DNA of 64,000 bases from Ranitomeya imitator (taxonomy: Eukaryota). The translations under genes and the position numbers were made by a program. The notes beneath the pieces are model-generated. The model worked only from the letters and a program-made list of their open reading frames with translations. It was not told where the DNA came from and ran no database searches. Shown in pieces: positions 61,239-64,000 of the stretch (its first letter is position 1; every line of letters begins with the position of its first letter). The DNA is taken from assembly GCF_032444005.1 (NCBI RefSeq), contig NC_091287.1, forward strand, positions 504,494,001-504,558,000, in the 5' to 3' direction.

Positions 61239-61856
61239 TGTCATGTCCCTTGTTGGTTTCCTTGGGCTTATTTCCTATGTCAGTGCCACATCTATAGGAA
61301 TGAACATGGGATACATTTCATCGTAAAGTATGTTACTGTCATTTATGTGTGTGGGTGTTTTAACAATGTGAGAGATGTGAGGGAAAGACAGAAATAAGTA
61401 ATGGCCATAGTGGTAGTTGGAAGGTTGGTTGCTCGTGATAAGGTTGGGTCAGAAGGCAGCAAGGGCTTAGTACCGTAACTGCCTGCATCCAAGTTCCCTA
61501 CTAGACATTCAGTGTCTGCATTATAGCTAGCTAGAAGTAGGGGTGAGTAGCAAATATGCTGAGAATATCACTATAACCTCTGCCCCAGGGTTATGAAGAG
61601 GCTTACAGGTGAGCAGGCAGGAAACGCCAGCTCCAGGGGAAGAGTGAAGATACGGTAAGTATTGTCACCCACAAGGGGCAAGATGGCCACACCAGAGGGA
61701 GTCTGCATACAAGTGAATGCAGTGGATTTTCGCCACTAAGACAGCAATGAAACGGATGCCGGAGTGTGAATGATTGATAAGTGGACACGGTAAGGTGGCT
61801 ACAAAAGCTACAGTGGTGCATTACTGATAGGTGGCCGAGAGAGAGGGCCTGTGACA
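61239..61856. mobile_element. Possible solo LTR
   Basis: TGTCA...TGACA inverted termini 618 bp apart; TSD only partly matches. Confidence 0.4.
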
Positions 61857-62747
61857 AGTCCCGGACATGAGATGGACATGGAGGCTGAGCCCTGAGTCCT
61901 CTTCTTCTGTTTACATAGGTTTTAAGTTAAAGAGGAAATGTCACTTGCCAAAAATCTGTAATTGTTATATCTGATATAAACGCCGCCATTCTCCTGAATC
62001 GGGCGTTGTTTCTCTTTTGTTCTCTTCCATATGTGTAGTTCTAGTCTCGTCATCCAAGAAGGTGGGATTCTCATGAAGACGCCCATAGAGGAGAGTTGAG
62101 GACCACGCCCACTTGGCTAACGAGACTAGATTTATATACAGGAAACAGATGGTTGTACTTCAGGAACACGAGAAAATCAACGCTGGATTCAGAATAACAC
62201 CGGCATTTATACCTGGAATTTTTTTTTTACATATTAATGAGAAGTGAGAGCTCATCTTTGTGTATAGTTACATAATCTATTTACATGGTAATGTGGATTA
62301 TTTCTTCATTTGTTCTGATTCAGAGGCATAGCTAGGGTTTTGGTTCAGGAGGGCAAAGCTTCTGAGTGGGCCCCTAACCAGGTAACCTTGATTACAACTC
62401 GGTGATGCACCCTAATAGTGGAGGAGAACCTCAGCAGATGACCGCACTGTTACTGAAGATAATCTCTATATAAAGACCAACATGGATATTACCGCCATAT
62501 GGTCAGTGGTAGATACCAGTCCTACAGAACAAATAACAGATCACTGCACAGTTACAGATAATCTCTTACCGCTGACGTTCTTTCTGATGGAATCGTTCAT
62601 TTTTCCCATCTTTTCCATCTGGCCCAGACCGACATGACAACTTCTTCCAGCCAGGACTCATCTGCAGAGAATACAACAAAGACAAGTTTCACTTCTCTTA
62701 TTCCAGCCCCATCACCATCTATTCCCAACCTGCACAAACTCCTCATC

Positions 62748-64000
62748 CTGATACCCCAATACTGAGCCGCTGCTGCCGTATGTGTCCCTATTACTGCACC
62801 TGATACCCCAATACTGAGCCGCTGCTGCCATATGTGTCCCTATTACTGCCCCTGATACCCCAATACTGAGCCGCTGCTGCCGTATGTGTCCCTATTACTG
62901 CCCCTGATACCCCAATACTGAGCCGCTGCTGCCATATGTGTCCCTATTACTGACCCTGATACCCCAATACTGAGCAGCTGCTGCCGTATGTGTCCCTATT
63001 ACTGCCCCTGATACCCCAATACTGAGCCGCTGCTGCCGTATGTGTCCCTATTACTGCCCCTGATACCCCAATACTGAGCCGCTGCTGCCGTATGTGTCCC
63101 TACAACTGCCCCTGATACACCAATACTGAGCCGATGCTGCCATATGTGTCCCTATTACTGCCCCTGATACCCCAATACTGAGCCGCTGCTGCCGTATGTG
63201 GTCCCTATTACTGCACCCGATACCCCAATATTGAGCCACTGCTGCCGTATGTGTCCCTATTACTGCCCCTGATACCCCAATACTGAGCCGCTGCTGCCGT
63301 ATGTGGTCCCTATTACTGCACCCGATACCCCAATACTGAGCCACTGCTGCCGTATGTGACCCTATTACTGCACCTGATACCCCAATACTGAGCCGCTGCT
63401 GCCGTATGTGTCCCTATTACTGCCCCTGATACCCCAATACTGAGCCGCTGCTGCCATGTGTCCCTATTACTGCCCCTGATACCCCAATACTGAGCCGCTG
63501 CTGCCGTATGTGTCCCTATTACTGCCCCTGATACCCCAATACTGAGCCGCTGCTGCCGTATGTGGTCCCTATTACTGCACCCGATACCCCAATATTGAGC
63601 CACTGCTGCCGTATGTGTCCCTATTACTGCACCTGATACCCCAATACTGAGCCGCTGCTGCCGTATGTGTCCCTATTACTGCACCTGATACCCCAATACT
63701 GAGCCGCTGCTGCCGTATGTGTCCCTATTACTGCCCCTGATACCCCAATACTGAGCCGCTGCTGCCGTATGTGGTCCCTATTACTGCACCCGATACCCCA
63801 ATATTGAGCCACTGCTGCCGTATGTGTCCCTATTACTGCACCTGATGCCCCAATACTGAGCCGCTGCTGCCGTATGTGTCCCTATTACTGCACCTGATAC
63901 CCCAATACTGAGCCGCTGCTGCCGTATGTGTCCCTATTACTGCACCTGATGCCCCAATACTGAGCCGCTGCTGCCGTATGTGTCCCTATTACTGCACCTG
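62748..64000. repeat. 52-bp minisatellite running off the window end
   Basis: tgataccccaatactgagccgctgctgccgtatgtgtccctattactgcacc, ~24 copies; possibly internal to an element starting cagaggcatagctaggg at 62321. Confidence 0.97.

Overview
Vertebrate nuclear DNA, very probably an anuran (frog), inferred from its T2/Kolobok, piggyBac-like and Harbinger-like MITEs, Tc1, CR1, V-SINE and Penelope repeats. It has three N gaps. I recognise only one host coding exon: a CpG-island first exon at 41254-41396 (+), MQFDTLRQFCNTVLSHFHEAFPTPPNILQTPPNILQNDLFGQTLNNS-R, ending in CAG|GTATGT. It matches from memory the beta-specific N-terminus of RIMS2 (RIM2-beta), so the window is probably intronic rims2 around the internal beta promoter. 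The rest is transposon debris and minisatellites (21, 24, 26, 27, 29, 34, 44, 52 and ~390 bp units); nearly all ORF-track entries are repeat artefacts. Most interesting: (1) two Penelope-like fold-back insertions with target-site duplications carrying minimal type I hammerhead ribozymes, one family with a non-canonical CCGUUGA core inside a ~650-bp-arm inverted repeat in the RIM2-beta first intron; (2) a MITE carrying two long-spacer REST/RE1 sites; (3) an in-frame 21-bp duplication in the exon and a VNTR with uORFs in its leader; (4) two near-identical young CR1 copies, both inserted in minisatellites. All family and gene assignments are by eye and memory; no database search was run.
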